Shown here: piece by piece, positions 26,296 to 36,832 of the stretch
Numbering within the stretch: position 1 is the stretch's first letter
Layout: each line of letters opens with the position of its first letter
Sequence record: MN159079.1
Strand: one strand, 5' to 3'
DNA length: 64,000 nt
The notes under the pieces: generated by a model
Databases searched by the model: none
The model's input: only the letters and a program-made list of their open reading frames with translations
What the model was told of the DNA's origin: nothing
Position numbers and translations under genes: made by a program

Positions 26296-26745
26296 ATGTC
26301 TCATCTCGCTCACCTGGTCGAAGTACAACAAGACCTGATCGCCAAAGGCGTTACATCCCCCAAGGTTCACATGGACGTGGGTCGTGGTGCCTATGTACGT
26401 GCTCTGGCCGTATTCCAACAGCGTCGTCGTCTTCCCGAAAAGGATCTCGGTCATTTCAATGACATGATTCTGGGTTACTGGAACGAAACCTCTCCCATCC
26501 AGGGTAACCTGATCATCGCTGAACTGCGCGCATTCAATGCCGCTCTCCGTAACCAACTGGAATCACTGGGTGGTCTGGACCAAGTTTGTGTCGAATTCGT
26601 ACGACCCGCTGACCTGGACGCATCCATTCAAGTTTCCAGCCTGAATGGTTTCAAAGCCATGGTTGAGTCCTTGGTATCCGATACCGAGAAGAAACTCAAG
26701 GAATGGTTGGAGTGCGATTACTTCAGTGTTAACGAGGCGGTATAA
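26296..26745 (+). CDS. Hypothetical (probable virion) protein
   Basis: 149 aa with AAGGAG RBS. Confidence 0.75.
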   Translation: MSHLAHLVEVQQDLIAKGVTSPKVHMDVGRGAYVRALAVFQQRRRLPEKDLGHFNDMILGYWNETSPIQGNLIIAELRAFNAALRNQLESLGGLDQVCVEFVRPADLDASIQVSSLNGFKAMVESLVSDTEKKLKEWLECDYFSVNEAV

Positions 26746-26747
26746 CT

Positions 26748-28295
26748 ATGGAAGTTACTGGCACTGAAGAAAAGAAGCTGGGTAGTGTTATCCAGCTTTC
26801 CCCGCACGGTCAATCCGAGAATGTTCGGATGATCTCTCAGCCCGAAGATGGTGAACCGCTAGTCTCTTTGGATGACATGTACGAAGTGACTGGCCAAGAA
26901 GCTATCACCAAGCTGGTTCGTAGCTGTAACGAGTACTTCAAGAAAGGTCGCCTTGCCAAAGAGTCGATGACCTGTCTCAACCTGGTTGGTGCTGAAAGCT
27001 TTGTTCCGATGTACGACAAGTACAACGCCCGTCTGGGTGGTGAAAGCTTCGTCAAAGGTCTGAAAGACGGTTTCGTGGCTGTCATCAAGGCGATCATCAA
27101 GTGGATCAAAGCACTGACAGCCTGGATCATCAATGGTGTTAAAACTCTGTTGGGGTTCAACAAAACCGAACATGAGTGCGCCATCGCTTCCGAGAACGCT
27201 GACAGTATCACCAAGAACGTTTCGGCACTCCTCGGCTCTGTATTCGAAACCGGTAAGGATGAATACACTGCTTGGGTGAATGACACTGCAATGGTGGAAG
27301 GCATTCCCAATAACCTGGGTAACCGGAACACTGTGAAGGTGATTCACGCTAAGACTCTTAGCGCTGAGGAATCTCTCGCCAAGATGGTGGCGAATACAGA
27401 AGTCATCAACCAAGTGGACAAGCTGATCGCTGATTCCCGAGCTCGTGAACAGAAGGCTGCTTCTGATTACAAAGTTGCTATCGCAAGACTTCGTCGTAAG
27501 GCGAAAGAAGAGAAAGTAACTGAATCAGATGTTGCTGAGTTCGTTGAAGAACTCGAACGGATCGTATTCCAGGACATCAAGTTCCGTGAACTGGCCAAAA
27601 CCTCCAAAGACCTGATTTCGTCTCTGTTCGATATCGAGATTAAGGACCTGGGTTACGACGCCAACTTCAAGGAATTGAAAGAGCTCACTCGGAACCAGAT
27701 CATCACCACACAGGTGAAGACATTCGATCGCCAGGAAGCTGTTTTCGCCAAAGCACTGGCTGGTATTAAGAAACGCACTGCTGACGCATCCACTCGTTTC
27801 CTCGATACCAAAGCAATGACTGCGTTCAGTGAAATCGCCGACGAAGATGACGCTATCTTCATTCGTGGTGTTTCCGAGATCACTGGTAACGGCATCATGG
27901 GTGACTTCGCGACCTTCAAGACACGTCAGCGTGGTTATCTGGAGCTGATCGAAACAGTTACTCGTGTTCTGGCATCCACCAAGGCCACCATGAACAGCAT
28001 GGTCGATTACAACTCTCGTTTGAAGGCGATCACCGCCGCCTACGTTGTTCGTGATCTGGAAGCCATTGCCGATTACAACAAGAAGATCAGTAAAGAGAAT
28101 GCCGACATTCTGACTCAGGGTGGTGGTTCTCTCTTCTTCGATATGGATGACACTTCCGTACTGAAGTCGTACTATCCTGGTCTCCATGTAACTGACGATC
28201 TGGTACTCGCCATCCGCAACGCACGGGAACTCCCCAAGGTGAAAGGTGCTATCAACAACCTGCTGGGTTCTCTCGGTGTTGGTATGAGGGTTTAA
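26748..28295 (+). CDS. Internal head/ejection protein with cleavable propeptide
   Basis: 515 aa. Acidic N-terminus with repeated G-x-E sites (TGQEAI, VGAESF, LGGESF), then an amphipathic helix. Confidence 0.7.
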   Translation: MEVTGTEEKKLGSVIQLSPHGQSENVRMISQPEDGEPLVSLDDMYEVTGQEAITKLVRSCNEYFKKGRLAKESMTCLNLVGAESFVPMYDKYNARLGGESFVKGLKDGFVAVIKAIIKWIKALTAWIINGVKTLLGFNKTEHECAIASENADSITKNVSALLGSVFETGKDEYTAWVNDTAMVEGIPNNLGNRNTVKVIHAKTLSAEESLAKMVANTEVINQVDKLIADSRAREQKAASDYKVAIARLRRKAKEEKVTESDVAEFVEELERIVFQDIKFRELAKTSKDLISSLFDIEIKDLGYDANFKELKELTRNQIITTQVKTFDRQEAVFAKALAGIKKRTADASTRFLDTKAMTAFSEIADEDDAIFIRGVSEITGNGIMGDFATFKTRQRGYLELIETVTRVLASTKATMNSMVDYNSRLKAITAAYVVRDLEAIADYNKKISKENADILTQGGGSLFFDMDDTSVLKSYYPGLHVTDDLVLAIRNARELPKVKGAINNLLGSLGVGMRV

Positions 28296-28296
28296 C

Positions 28297-28977
28297 ATGG
28301 TTATCAAAGAAGAAATCCGCAAAACAGCGGAAGAGATCATTGCTGGTCAGCAACAACTGAACCGGTACAATGAGTACTACGAAACTTTCCTCTCAGAGGC
28401 GCGGTGTAAGAAGGGGATCATGGATTTCCTTAGCACCCTCTTCGACAAAGAAACTACTGACGAATTCGTTCAGTATCCCTATGGTCGAGCCAGAGAAGAA
28501 ATGGTTCTCAAACTCACCACTGGTAAGTCGGCAGCTAACTCTATGCTCTGTCGTCGACTGATCATGGACGTGGGTGTGGAATCCAGAGGTTTCCAAGCTT
28601 TGGAAGAAGCACGCAAGACACTTCTCAATCAAGTAGCCGATTATATCGTGCAGACCTTTGAGAAGCTGAACAAGTCAGAACTGACGGATGTGCATGAGCG
28701 CCATGTGTATTTGCGCCGTGCAATCGCTAAGCTGGTTCGGTTGTTCTACACCGCTCCCCTGGCAGCTATCACCATGGACCAATGGTCCGAGGTCGAGCCT
28801 TCCGAACACACCAAATATCTCACTACCACTATCGAGGAAATGGTTGATCGGATTCGACCGACTCGTACTGATGGCTGGTGTTCTGTTTGGTTCGCTGAAA
28901 ATGGTTTGGATAACACGAACGTTATTCGTTCCATTATCAGTTATCTGGACTATCTGGATACATTCGACCAGTATTAA
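28297..28977 (+). CDS. Hypothetical (probable virion) protein
   Basis: 226 aa, end of operon. Confidence 0.7.
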   Translation: MVIKEEIRKTAEEIIAGQQQLNRYNEYYETFLSEARCKKGIMDFLSTLFDKETTDEFVQYPYGRAREEMVLKLTTGKSAANSMLCRRLIMDVGVESRGFQALEEARKTLLNQVADYIVQTFEKLNKSELTDVHERHVYLRRAIAKLVRLFYTAPLAAITMDQWSEVEPSEHTKYLTTTIEEMVDRIRPTRTDGWCSVWFAENGLDNTNVIRSIISYLDYLDTFDQY

Positions 28978-28984
28978 GACATAA

Positions 28985-29019
28985 GACCCCTACCCCATCC
29001 TTTCGGAGGGGTAGGGGTT
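28985..29019. terminator. Bidirectional terminator
   Basis: GACCCCTACCCC(A)TCC-TTTC-GGAGGGGTAGGGGTT between convergent genes. Confidence 0.75.
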
Positions 29020-29029
29020 TATTATGTTG

Positions 29030-31948
29030 TTATGATCTTGGCATGTGGCGCTTGAACATTATCTCGATGGACTCTTTGATTGTCAGGAGTTGGTCAGAGG
29101 TCTGATCCAGTTCCTTACGTACAGAGAAACCATTCGTGTCATCGATGTTGGTGATAACGTCAACCGGTTCGTTACCGGCAGTTGCGATTATTTTAACGTC
29201 GAGCACGTCACTGGATTTAAGGACACGAGTGAGCTCAGAAACACTGAAGGTCTTGCTACGAAGGTGTTCGTTGGTTACCTGGTGAGTGTTCTTAATCAAA
29301 CTGTTCTTCAGGTCATTGTCAGCCATACCCTCGTCATTGAGGTAGTAAGTGACAGTAAACCCGATGTCGGTACGAATGGTTTTCTCGATACCCTCGTTGA
29401 GGATAACCTGAGTAAAGCCCATCGTGGACCGAGGTTTAAACAGTATCGTGGTTTCATCCAGAGTGGACTTGTTCAGATCAGTCAACCAGTCGTTAACTTC
29501 GTTAGCGAAGAAGTCTTCTACCAACCCGACGTAAGTGGCGTCGTACTCATCCTGACTGAGCAGGTAGTTGAAGTCAAACCCGATGAAGTCCCAATGGTAC
29601 TTCAGGAGTCTCGGATGGAGAAGTACTGGTTTATCATCCTGATCGTAAACAGTAGTGCCTTTCTCATGTTCCCAAACCGGAGAACCATCGGCGTTATACC
29701 GAGTTTCACCAGCCTTGTGTTCAAGGACTGCTTTTCCGTCTACAATGACCAGTTTCCCGTTTTCGTACTTGTACACATCTTCCTTGTAAACAGCAGGAAC
29801 GTTGTCAGTGTACTTCGCGTACTGAGCTGGTCCGATAATCGGTCTGATCCGTGCATAAAGCGAACTGAGTCGTTTACCAAATTGAACACGGTATTCCGTT
29901 TCAATAATGGCTACACTCAACTGCTCGAACAGAGACTGATCGATTTTACCGTCAGAGGGAGAACGGAGAACTTGTCCATCACCAGCATAGGTAAAGATAA
30001 ACGTAGCGATCTCTTCCAGTTTGACACGGACTTCATCTTGAGGACGTCCAAACTGTTGGAAACCACGAAGGTCTATCTCGTCACGATCTGTGATGTCAAA
30101 ACGACTAGGGATCTTGAATTCCCATACACGTTCCTTATCCTTGTTCAGACCTTTCAATTTACCACGGATAGAAGCCAGTGCGTTGGAACCTTCAGTGTTC
30201 AAAGACATCTGAATCCCAACAGATGTGTCGGCGAGCTTCTTATATGCTTCGGAGGACTTGGTGACTATACCAATCGTGTAACCTTCCTCATCCACAGTGA
30301 TGTTGATCTGACCGATCCCGGCCTGGATACCCAGGGATGCGTTTTCATACCGGAAGGTCTGGTAACGAATCTGAGGGCGATCGGTTCTGTACGTTCTGAT
30401 GGACGCACGGTTGTCAGATGTATCGATCACATACATGAACGGAGTGTAGACCAATGAACGCTCACCAGACACATCAATCTTGGTTTGGTTCCCAGCCCGC
30501 TTCAACTGCTCGATTTCATACTTGGGTACGAACCGAGCCGTTTGTTCAGTAATGTCGAATACAGCACCACGAGGGATAGTGATGCGGCGTCCATTGTCGA
30601 TAGCATTAGCCGTGCTGATCAGTTCTTCCAACGATGCCAGATGGGTACCAGTGTAGGTGCCAATAGAGCTGTTGAAACGAGCCAGAGATTCATCTTCGAA
30701 CAACTTGGTTTCCTGGATAGGAAGATCCTTAGTGGTTCGGTAAAGACGGTTAGTTACAAAGTCAATGGACTTAACCGAGTCGTAACCATTCCGCAACAGG
30801 GTTTGGGTGAGATCGCTGTTACTAACCGGTACCTGGCGTCGACGATGGCGATAGACGACCATGTTCTTGAGCTCTTGGAAACTAGCGCTATCTAGACCAC
30901 CCACCACAGGTTCGATTGTATCCAGTGTCACTGTGCTCGCGGAACGAAGCGGGACACTATAACCAGACAACTTACCTTGGGGATTGCTGTAGTCATAGTA
31001 AGCGTACGTGTGCTCCTTCGTCCTCAGCGTCGAGAGATCCTGATTCATTTTACCACGAGTGGTGTAGGTGAGAATCGTGATGCGACCGAGTGCCATTCCG
31101 CTCTGAAGATAAACAGAAGGAATAGACGCCTCATAGACACCATCCCGGATCATATCGATAGTCAGGGTCGGCATTGCCGGATCGAAGACGTCATTGTTGA
31201 ACACAACAGCCATCTCGCTACGACGGGTACTCCCATCAGGAGTGATGAACGCCCTAACGGCATAAAGCTTGTCGTTGTAATCGATACGATCCCGGAAACC
31301 CACCGCCATGTTAACAGCCGTAGCCGGTTTCTCTTTCACCTCCAATTGACGTACAGGAAGATGAATAGAGAGATAACGCTGATCATCGATGTTCAGCTCT
31401 TCGTAACGAGGTGAGTTGGAGGAGAGAGGATACAGCGGGGACTGTTTTTCAGAGTTGTAAACAATCTGAAGTCCACCGTGTTCCATCAGCCGGATCTCGA
31501 CCGGATTTTCCAGCAGGAAGGGAATACCCGCGACCGTGAAGATGGTGTCGGACGGGAGCTCCAGCTTACGGTAGTTGTTAACAGCAGTCCCGACTACCTC
31601 AGTGAAGGGGAGAGCACGCTTCTCCAATTCATCCATGGCAATCATCCAACGGAACGTAGTGCCGCTGGGTTCGGCAAATACACCGTACCAATCTTCGTCA
31701 CTCATGTTAGCAGCCAGATCGGCAATAGTTCTTGCATGAGTGGGGAAACGTTTGGCAATGCCGTCACCATTGCGCACTGCAAAGTTGTACTGGGTTGCCA
31801 CGATCATATCGAGAGCATAGGAGAACGGATGCCCGGCTGCGTTAATCGAACCAGGTCCTGTTCCCAAGGCATCTTCGATTTCTTGGAAGCAGCGGTTGAT
31901 AGCACGTGCCGGGTTATTCCGATATCGCTCTAAATCATCATAAGTCAT
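29030..31948 (-). CDS. Baseplate wedge protein (T4 gp6/baseplate-J-like)
   Basis: 972 aa. VVGGLDSASFQELK resembles the GGxDxES motif of gp6/J proteins. Confidence 0.65.
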   Translation of the reverse strand: MTYDDLERYRNNPARAINRCFQEIEDALGTGPGSINAAGHPFSYALDMIVATQYNFAVRNGDGIAKRFPTHARTIADLAANMSDEDWYGVFAEPSGTTFRWMIAMDELEKRALPFTEVVGTAVNNYRKLELPSDTIFTVAGIPFLLENPVEIRLMEHGGLQIVYNSEKQSPLYPLSSNSPRYEELNIDDQRYLSIHLPVRQLEVKEKPATAVNMAVGFRDRIDYNDKLYAVRAFITPDGSTRRSEMAVVFNNDVFDPAMPTLTIDMIRDGVYEASIPSVYLQSGMALGRITILTYTTRGKMNQDLSTLRTKEHTYAYYDYSNPQGKLSGYSVPLRSASTVTLDTIEPVVGGLDSASFQELKNMVVYRHRRRQVPVSNSDLTQTLLRNGYDSVKSIDFVTNRLYRTTKDLPIQETKLFEDESLARFNSSIGTYTGTHLASLEELISTANAIDNGRRITIPRGAVFDITEQTARFVPKYEIEQLKRAGNQTKIDVSGERSLVYTPFMYVIDTSDNRASIRTYRTDRPQIRYQTFRYENASLGIQAGIGQINITVDEEGYTIGIVTKSSEAYKKLADTSVGIQMSLNTEGSNALASIRGKLKGLNKDKERVWEFKIPSRFDITDRDEIDLRGFQQFGRPQDEVRVKLEEIATFIFTYAGDGQVLRSPSDGKIDQSLFEQLSVAIIETEYRVQFGKRLSSLYARIRPIIGPAQYAKYTDNVPAVYKEDVYKYENGKLVIVDGKAVLEHKAGETRYNADGSPVWEHEKGTTVYDQDDKPVLLHPRLLKYHWDFIGFDFNYLLSQDEYDATYVGLVEDFFANEVNDWLTDLNKSTLDETTILFKPRSTMGFTQVILNEGIEKTIRTDIGFTVTYYLNDEGMADNDLKNSLIKNTHQVTNEHLRSKTFSVSELTRVLKSSDVLDVKIIATAGNEPVDVITNIDDTNGFSVRKELDQTSDQLLTIKESIEIMFKRHMPRS

Positions 31949-31957
31949 TTCTTTTCC

Positions 31958-33034
31958 TTATTTACGCACCCACCAGGTGAGTTTGATACCATCACGCCCC
32001 ACAGCACCATCTTGCCTACGGTCATTACGAACCGGCAGCAAAAGAGGATACGCACCAGAGTAACCGTATTCAAGATACTCATCAGCAGAGAGTCTCCTGA
32101 AATACTGATCACGGGTCTTTGGTCGGATGTTGGGGTTGTACATGTAACTGTGTTCGTTAAAGGCTTGGATTAATCCAGGTTCGTTGAACCGCATCGCTGT
32201 GGAACTGAACTGAACCGAGAAGTCATCCTGCCCTTCCCCACGCAGTGAGTTTTGGGTGTTATCGATATTAGCCTGGGACCCTGATGGGAACGTCACAGGT
32301 ATAGATTGAACTGTGGCGAATATTTGTTCCAAGAATTCACCGTCCTTATTCATGATAAGGTGGTAAATGCGTGTATCGTAATCGATACGGTTCCCAAACA
32401 AATATTTAGCCCTTGGATAACAACCCCGGTCACCACTTGTTACTTCAGAAATATAGGTCATCCAGTATTGGAACAGAGCTGGAATAACACTGGGTTTAGG
32501 GTTGAAGTAAGTCTGGTTCATAGAGTAAAGACCGTTCTCTTCCAGCTTACTCGCAACTCGTTGATAAACCTGTTCCCGCATACCAGGATCAGTGGTCTGG
32601 ATTTGCATACTCAAATCACCGAAACCATTACTGGTTTTGAGGTAAGTTGTTAATGCAACGATGAATGGATTGGCATTATCAAGAGCCGGACACGGATTGG
32701 CGGCAGCCCACCGTTCATCCAGAGTCCCTCTTATATATGCACCGATAGAGTTACCAGATACGTCCTTCAAAACTTTCAAACGCTCTGAACGTGCAATGAC
32801 ATCATCGATCAGATTCAGCTGGGGTCTGGTCACGAAGCTTAATCCTATGGTGTCATCAGCCAGCGGCATCATGGCCGGGCCTTTACCAAAGATCCTGAAT
32901 GACCTTAAACTGTTCATCAACGGGGCATTTGTCCCCGGAGTTCCAGAGTCCAGTAAAGCTGCGTTGAATATGTCTTTGCTGTGTTCCAGGGTTTCCCCTG
33001 AATAGTTTGTAAAATCTTCCTTATTATCTTCCAT
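31958..33034 (-). CDS. Virion structural protein, possibly tail-tube/baseplate-initiator-like
   Basis: 358 aa containing FVTRPQLNL. Co-oriented with the baseplate gene. Confidence 0.55.
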   Translation of the reverse strand: MEDNKEDFTNYSGETLEHSKDIFNAALLDSGTPGTNAPLMNSLRSFRIFGKGPAMMPLADDTIGLSFVTRPQLNLIDDVIARSERLKVLKDVSGNSIGAYIRGTLDERWAAANPCPALDNANPFIVALTTYLKTSNGFGDLSMQIQTTDPGMREQVYQRVASKLEENGLYSMNQTYFNPKPSVIPALFQYWMTYISEVTSGDRGCYPRAKYLFGNRIDYDTRIYHLIMNKDGEFLEQIFATVQSIPVTFPSGSQANIDNTQNSLRGEGQDDFSVQFSSTAMRFNEPGLIQAFNEHSYMYNPNIRPKTRDQYFRRLSADEYLEYGYSGAYPLLLPVRNDRRQDGAVGRDGIKLTWWVRK

Positions 33035-33062
33035 ACAAAATGTCTCTTCTAGGAGTTTCTAA

Positions 33063-34175
33063 ATGATACTTGAAGCCGTTTCGTTTGGTCAGATGCTCAG
33101 TACCGTAGCCAAGATCTTTGGTAAGGGTAAGGATCTGACTGACGCCATCGATCCCGTGCTGGATACCGCCGCTAAAGCGATGAACCTGATGAACACGCGC
33201 AGTGTTTCACAGTCTGCATCCCGCACGCTCATCTCCCCTATGGTTGCGATCGAACGCGATCTGATCCACCAGGAGTACATGACCGACGTCGTTACAGTCG
33301 TCAACATCCGTGACATCAAAGACGCCCTCTCCCACCTTGCTTTGCAGGGTGAAGTAGACGGTATCAAAATCAGTCACTTGATCGATCAGATCAACCCCCG
33401 TCGTGCCGGTCTTCTGGCACTGTCCGGTCTGGAAGCTTTCGCCGGTAATGAGTCGGCAGCTCCTGTTCAGAATAAGGGAACGAAGATCCCTGCGACAGGT
33501 AAAGAGTCTCCTCGTGTCAGCATTGGTGGCAAGGAATACTCCGACCTGACTACCTTCCAACCGCTCGCTGTAGGCCGGACAGTTATTGCTTCTGTACGGA
33601 TCGGTAGTGGTAACCCGGTAGAGTTTCCGCTCAATTTCCGTCAGGTTCCAATTCCTGTCTCTTCAAATGATCTGGAAGCTATCTTCTCGGCGGCTCGTTC
33701 TACCGATGGTTTCTTCGGTCGCATCAGCATGTTGCAGGGTGGTGAAATCACTCTTCCCGAGTTCCTCACTGGTACTGACGAGATCAAACGTGAATTCAAT
33801 ATTCGCATGAACGATCTCTCCGGCTATTACAGTGAAGCAATGGCTCGTGATAGCAACAACAAGAAAGCGGCACTGCGGACTGGTCTGGTTTCCATGAACA
33901 CCATGGCTAACACCATCATCATGTCCAAGGCCACTGCCAACCAGATCGAGCTGGAACACGGTCTCCGTTTCGATCGTAACGGCATCACCAAGATCCGTCA
34001 GAAAGTGATGGCCAACACTATCGTTATCATCGATGACGACTCCGGACTGTTCACATTCTGGAACGCCGGCCAACCTCTGCCGGAACAGTACACTCGTCGC
34101 GAGATCCAGGTAACCGCTAAGAAGGATACCTCCATGGATCTGGCATCCCTCATGAAAATGTTCAACGGGCGGTAA
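33063..34175 (+). CDS. Head (inner-body) protein, phiKZ gp89-like
   Basis: 370 aa with internal G-x-E sites (SGLEAF, AGNESA). Start of the head operon. Confidence 0.6.
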   Translation: MILEAVSFGQMLSTVAKIFGKGKDLTDAIDPVLDTAAKAMNLMNTRSVSQSASRTLISPMVAIERDLIHQEYMTDVVTVVNIRDIKDALSHLALQGEVDGIKISHLIDQINPRRAGLLALSGLEAFAGNESAAPVQNKGTKIPATGKESPRVSIGGKEYSDLTTFQPLAVGRTVIASVRIGSGNPVEFPLNFRQVPIPVSSNDLEAIFSAARSTDGFFGRISMLQGGEITLPEFLTGTDEIKREFNIRMNDLSGYYSEAMARDSNNKKAALRTGLVSMNTMANTIIMSKATANQIELEHGLRFDRNGITKIRQKVMANTIVIIDDDSGLFTFWNAGQPLPEQYTRREIQVTAKKDTSMDLASLMKMFNGR

Positions 34176-34178
34176 TAA

Positions 34179-35054
34179 ATGATCCTGATCAAAAACACCA
34201 AGAAGGAAGATGTTTCTCTCCGTCTTGAAAACGAAATCAACTATGTCGGCGGTCTGCTCGATACCATTCGTCTTCTGAACAAGGTAAGTCCCGATCAGTG
34301 GAACAAGATGGCTGACTACGCTAACAGCAATGCTGTTATGAAATCCATCGAAGCTGGTGTCAAGAAAGGGATCCATCCCAAACTGTCCACTGTCGATGCG
34401 ATCTCCGCTGCACTGTCCAACCTGGCTATCTGGATGCCGAAGCTGAAGGACCGTCTCAAGAAGTCCAGTACCAAGACTTTCGATACCGAAACGATCACTT
34501 TCCGTGAACGTGGTATCCTGGACGCGATCTCCGCAGTGAACTTCTTCAACCGCTACGCTTCCATGTATCTGGACATCCTGCTGGACCAAGGTTACAAGAA
34601 GTCCGACATTTCCAAGTTGCTGACTCGTCACGACCTGACCTTCTTCAACGACACCGCCAAGCACTTCGTGACTATCCTGGTTCGTTTCAACCAGTCCGTT
34701 AAGGATCTGGAAGGGATGCTCGACGCACTGTCCGAAGAGCTGGCTGATGAAATGTCTGAACAGATCCTCGGTGAGACCACCGGTGCCGCTTCTGTCAGCA
34801 TTCGTCATGGTCTGGCTCCGCACCAACTGAACCCGGTCTACTGGTATCGCCTGTGGCGGATGGAGCGTGACGTCAAGTCCATCGAAGTCAACCAGAAGCG
34901 TATCGAGATCCTCGCTATGAAGATCGCGCGTCTGAATAACCAGCGCACTGGTCAGGATGATCCGGCACTGGATAACACCATCAACATCTATCAAGACAAA
35001 ATCATCAAGATGGATGCCGAGATCCGTGAAATCGTGGAGAAACACCGTGGCTAA
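34179..35054 (+). CDS. Head (inner-body) protein, phiKZ gp90-like
   Basis: 291 aa, biased codons, C-terminal coiled coil. Confidence 0.6.
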   Translation: MILIKNTKKEDVSLRLENEINYVGGLLDTIRLLNKVSPDQWNKMADYANSNAVMKSIEAGVKKGIHPKLSTVDAISAALSNLAIWMPKLKDRLKKSSTKTFDTETITFRERGILDAISAVNFFNRYASMYLDILLDQGYKKSDISKLLTRHDLTFFNDTAKHFVTILVRFNQSVKDLEGMLDALSEELADEMSEQILGETTGAASVSIRHGLAPHQLNPVYWYRLWRMERDVKSIEVNQKRIEILAMKIARLNNQRTGQDDPALDNTINIYQDKIIKMDAEIREIVEKHRG

Positions 35055-35571
35055 AGAGTTCCGTCATGCTCGGTTCGGTATGATCCCCAGTGATCTGTCC
35101 CAACCTATGATGGACATGAATGAACAGGTGTTCAAGAGCTTCCTCCGTAATTGTGGGACGGGAGCTCTCATGTCCAGCCTCGACAGTCATGTGGAGATCT
35201 TCTCCCTTGGCTCTCATTACATCGGCGATAACTTCCGTAACTGGCTGATCGCTAACTACTACAACGGTAAGGGTGTGCGTTCTGAACTGGTTAGCAAAAT
35301 TGTTGCTTACATTCAGGGCGAAGTGACTGGCAATGCGGTGACCAATCAACTGAAGATTGATAACACCAAACTGACTTACGCTCCTCCCGGTAAGCAGATC
35401 GCTCAACCTATGTTGTTCAAGGTGGACGATTTCCGTTCCAAGAAAGATCCCGTGGAGCATGTCAACTTCAATGTGGTCAAGAACGAGCATATGTACGACT
35501 TCTTTGCTCTGATTGGTCCTGAAGGTTTGGCGCGTCTCTGCCTCAGCCTGGATGGTACTGCAAATGGATAA
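35047..35571 (+). CDS. Conserved hypothetical/virion protein
   Basis: GTG start at 35047 overlapping the previous stop. 174 aa. Confidence 0.7.
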   Translation: MAKEFRHARFGMIPSDLSQPMMDMNEQVFKSFLRNCGTGALMSSLDSHVEIFSLGSHYIGDNFRNWLIANYYNGKGVRSELVSKIVAYIQGEVTGNAVTNQLKIDNTKLTYAPPGKQIAQPMLFKVDDFRSKKDPVEHVNFNVVKNEHMYDFFALIGPEGLARLCLSLDGTANG

Positions 35572-36832
35572 AGATCTCGAAACCAAACTGTTAATGAGTG
35601 AGGTTTCTCTGGCCAAGATCGACGACGTGGAGAAAATGACCAAAGAAGCGAAAGCTGCTGTTCATAATCTCCGTACCGACGTTCGTGTCAAAGACCGGGT
35701 TGAAGAGATCCTCAAAGAAGTGGAATCTCGTCAGGACTATGAACTGACAACTTCCTTTATCCAACAAGTGGATTCCGAAATCAATGAATATGGCCGGTCC
35801 AAGATTGGTCGTAATGGAATGATCAGTGTGGCTGGTACCGAAGCGTTCGGTCTCACCATCATGCCGCGTGATTGGCGTTCCAGTCGTCTGGAAGCACTGC
35901 GTGATCTCCTCGCCGATACTTATAAGAACATCAAGCGTTGGGCAAACCAACTCGAAGATTCCTTTAAGGATCGTTGGACTGAGATCTCCACCACTCTGGA
36001 AGTGATCAGAACGCGCGTAGACAACGTTGAAGAACACCTGGATATGGTTCAGGGTCTCCGGGACGAATGTCGCACTGTGACGATCCCAGGCATCGTGGTG
36101 AAAGCACTGACCAAGGGTAGCGAACCTGTACCCAAGGATATCTCCAGTTCTGTCATCAAAGACATCAACTACTTTGCTTCAGTAATGAAGTTTGTTGAAG
36201 CCGAAGAAGTGCGTGTCAAGAACGCGATCACCAAGTATTTCGGTAACCCTAAGCTCAAAGACATGTCCAGCATAGTGTTTGGGACCCCCCGTATCCTGGA
36301 CGTCCGAGTTAAGAGTGAAGACCAGTCTGATGTTGGTAAATACGTTGAAATGGCTAGCCGTCCGTTCCTGGAAGGTTTCCGTATCAACTGTAAGGCGATC
36401 GATCCTCGTTTCCTCAAGAACGGTTACGAGCCGGGTGCTGGTAACACCGACCTGGTGTCCATGATGGTTGAATGCGGAATCGACTTGCAGCGTGTTGAGC
36501 GCCGTGAAAGCAAGGAAGAGACAATCAAAACTCTTACTCTTTCCGATCTCTTCACTCTGACTAGCGCTGTCAAGGACATGGTTCTTTACATTGAACGTGC
36601 CAATGACAAAGACAGTCCGCTCAACATGAACCCGTCTGAAGTCAAGGATAACCTGGCGACCCTGAAGAGTAACGAAGACGAGAAGGAGCGAGCCGATCAC
36701 TATGTCGCTCTCGCCACCGATTACCAATTCCGTCTGAATGCACTCCGGGCCGACATTGCCAGTTACCTTACTGTTCTGACAAGTCATCTGCTCACGTTCA
36801 TCACACTCAACCTGGAGTGTTACGATGCCTAA
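35564..36832 (+). CDS. Internal head protein with propeptide
   Basis: ATG 35564 overlapping the previous stop. VAGTEAF site. Confidence 0.7.
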   Translation: MDKDLETKLLMSEVSLAKIDDVEKMTKEAKAAVHNLRTDVRVKDRVEEILKEVESRQDYELTTSFIQQVDSEINEYGRSKIGRNGMISVAGTEAFGLTIMPRDWRSSRLEALRDLLADTYKNIKRWANQLEDSFKDRWTEISTTLEVIRTRVDNVEEHLDMVQGLRDECRTVTIPGIVVKALTKGSEPVPKDISSSVIKDINYFASVMKFVEAEEVRVKNAITKYFGNPKLKDMSSIVFGTPRILDVRVKSEDQSDVGKYVEMASRPFLEGFRINCKAIDPRFLKNGYEPGAGNTDLVSMMVECGIDLQRVERRESKEETIKTLTLSDLFTLTSAVKDMVLYIERANDKDSPLNMNPSEVKDNLATLKSNEDEKERADHYVALATDYQFRLNALRADIASYLTVLTSHLLTFITLNLECYDA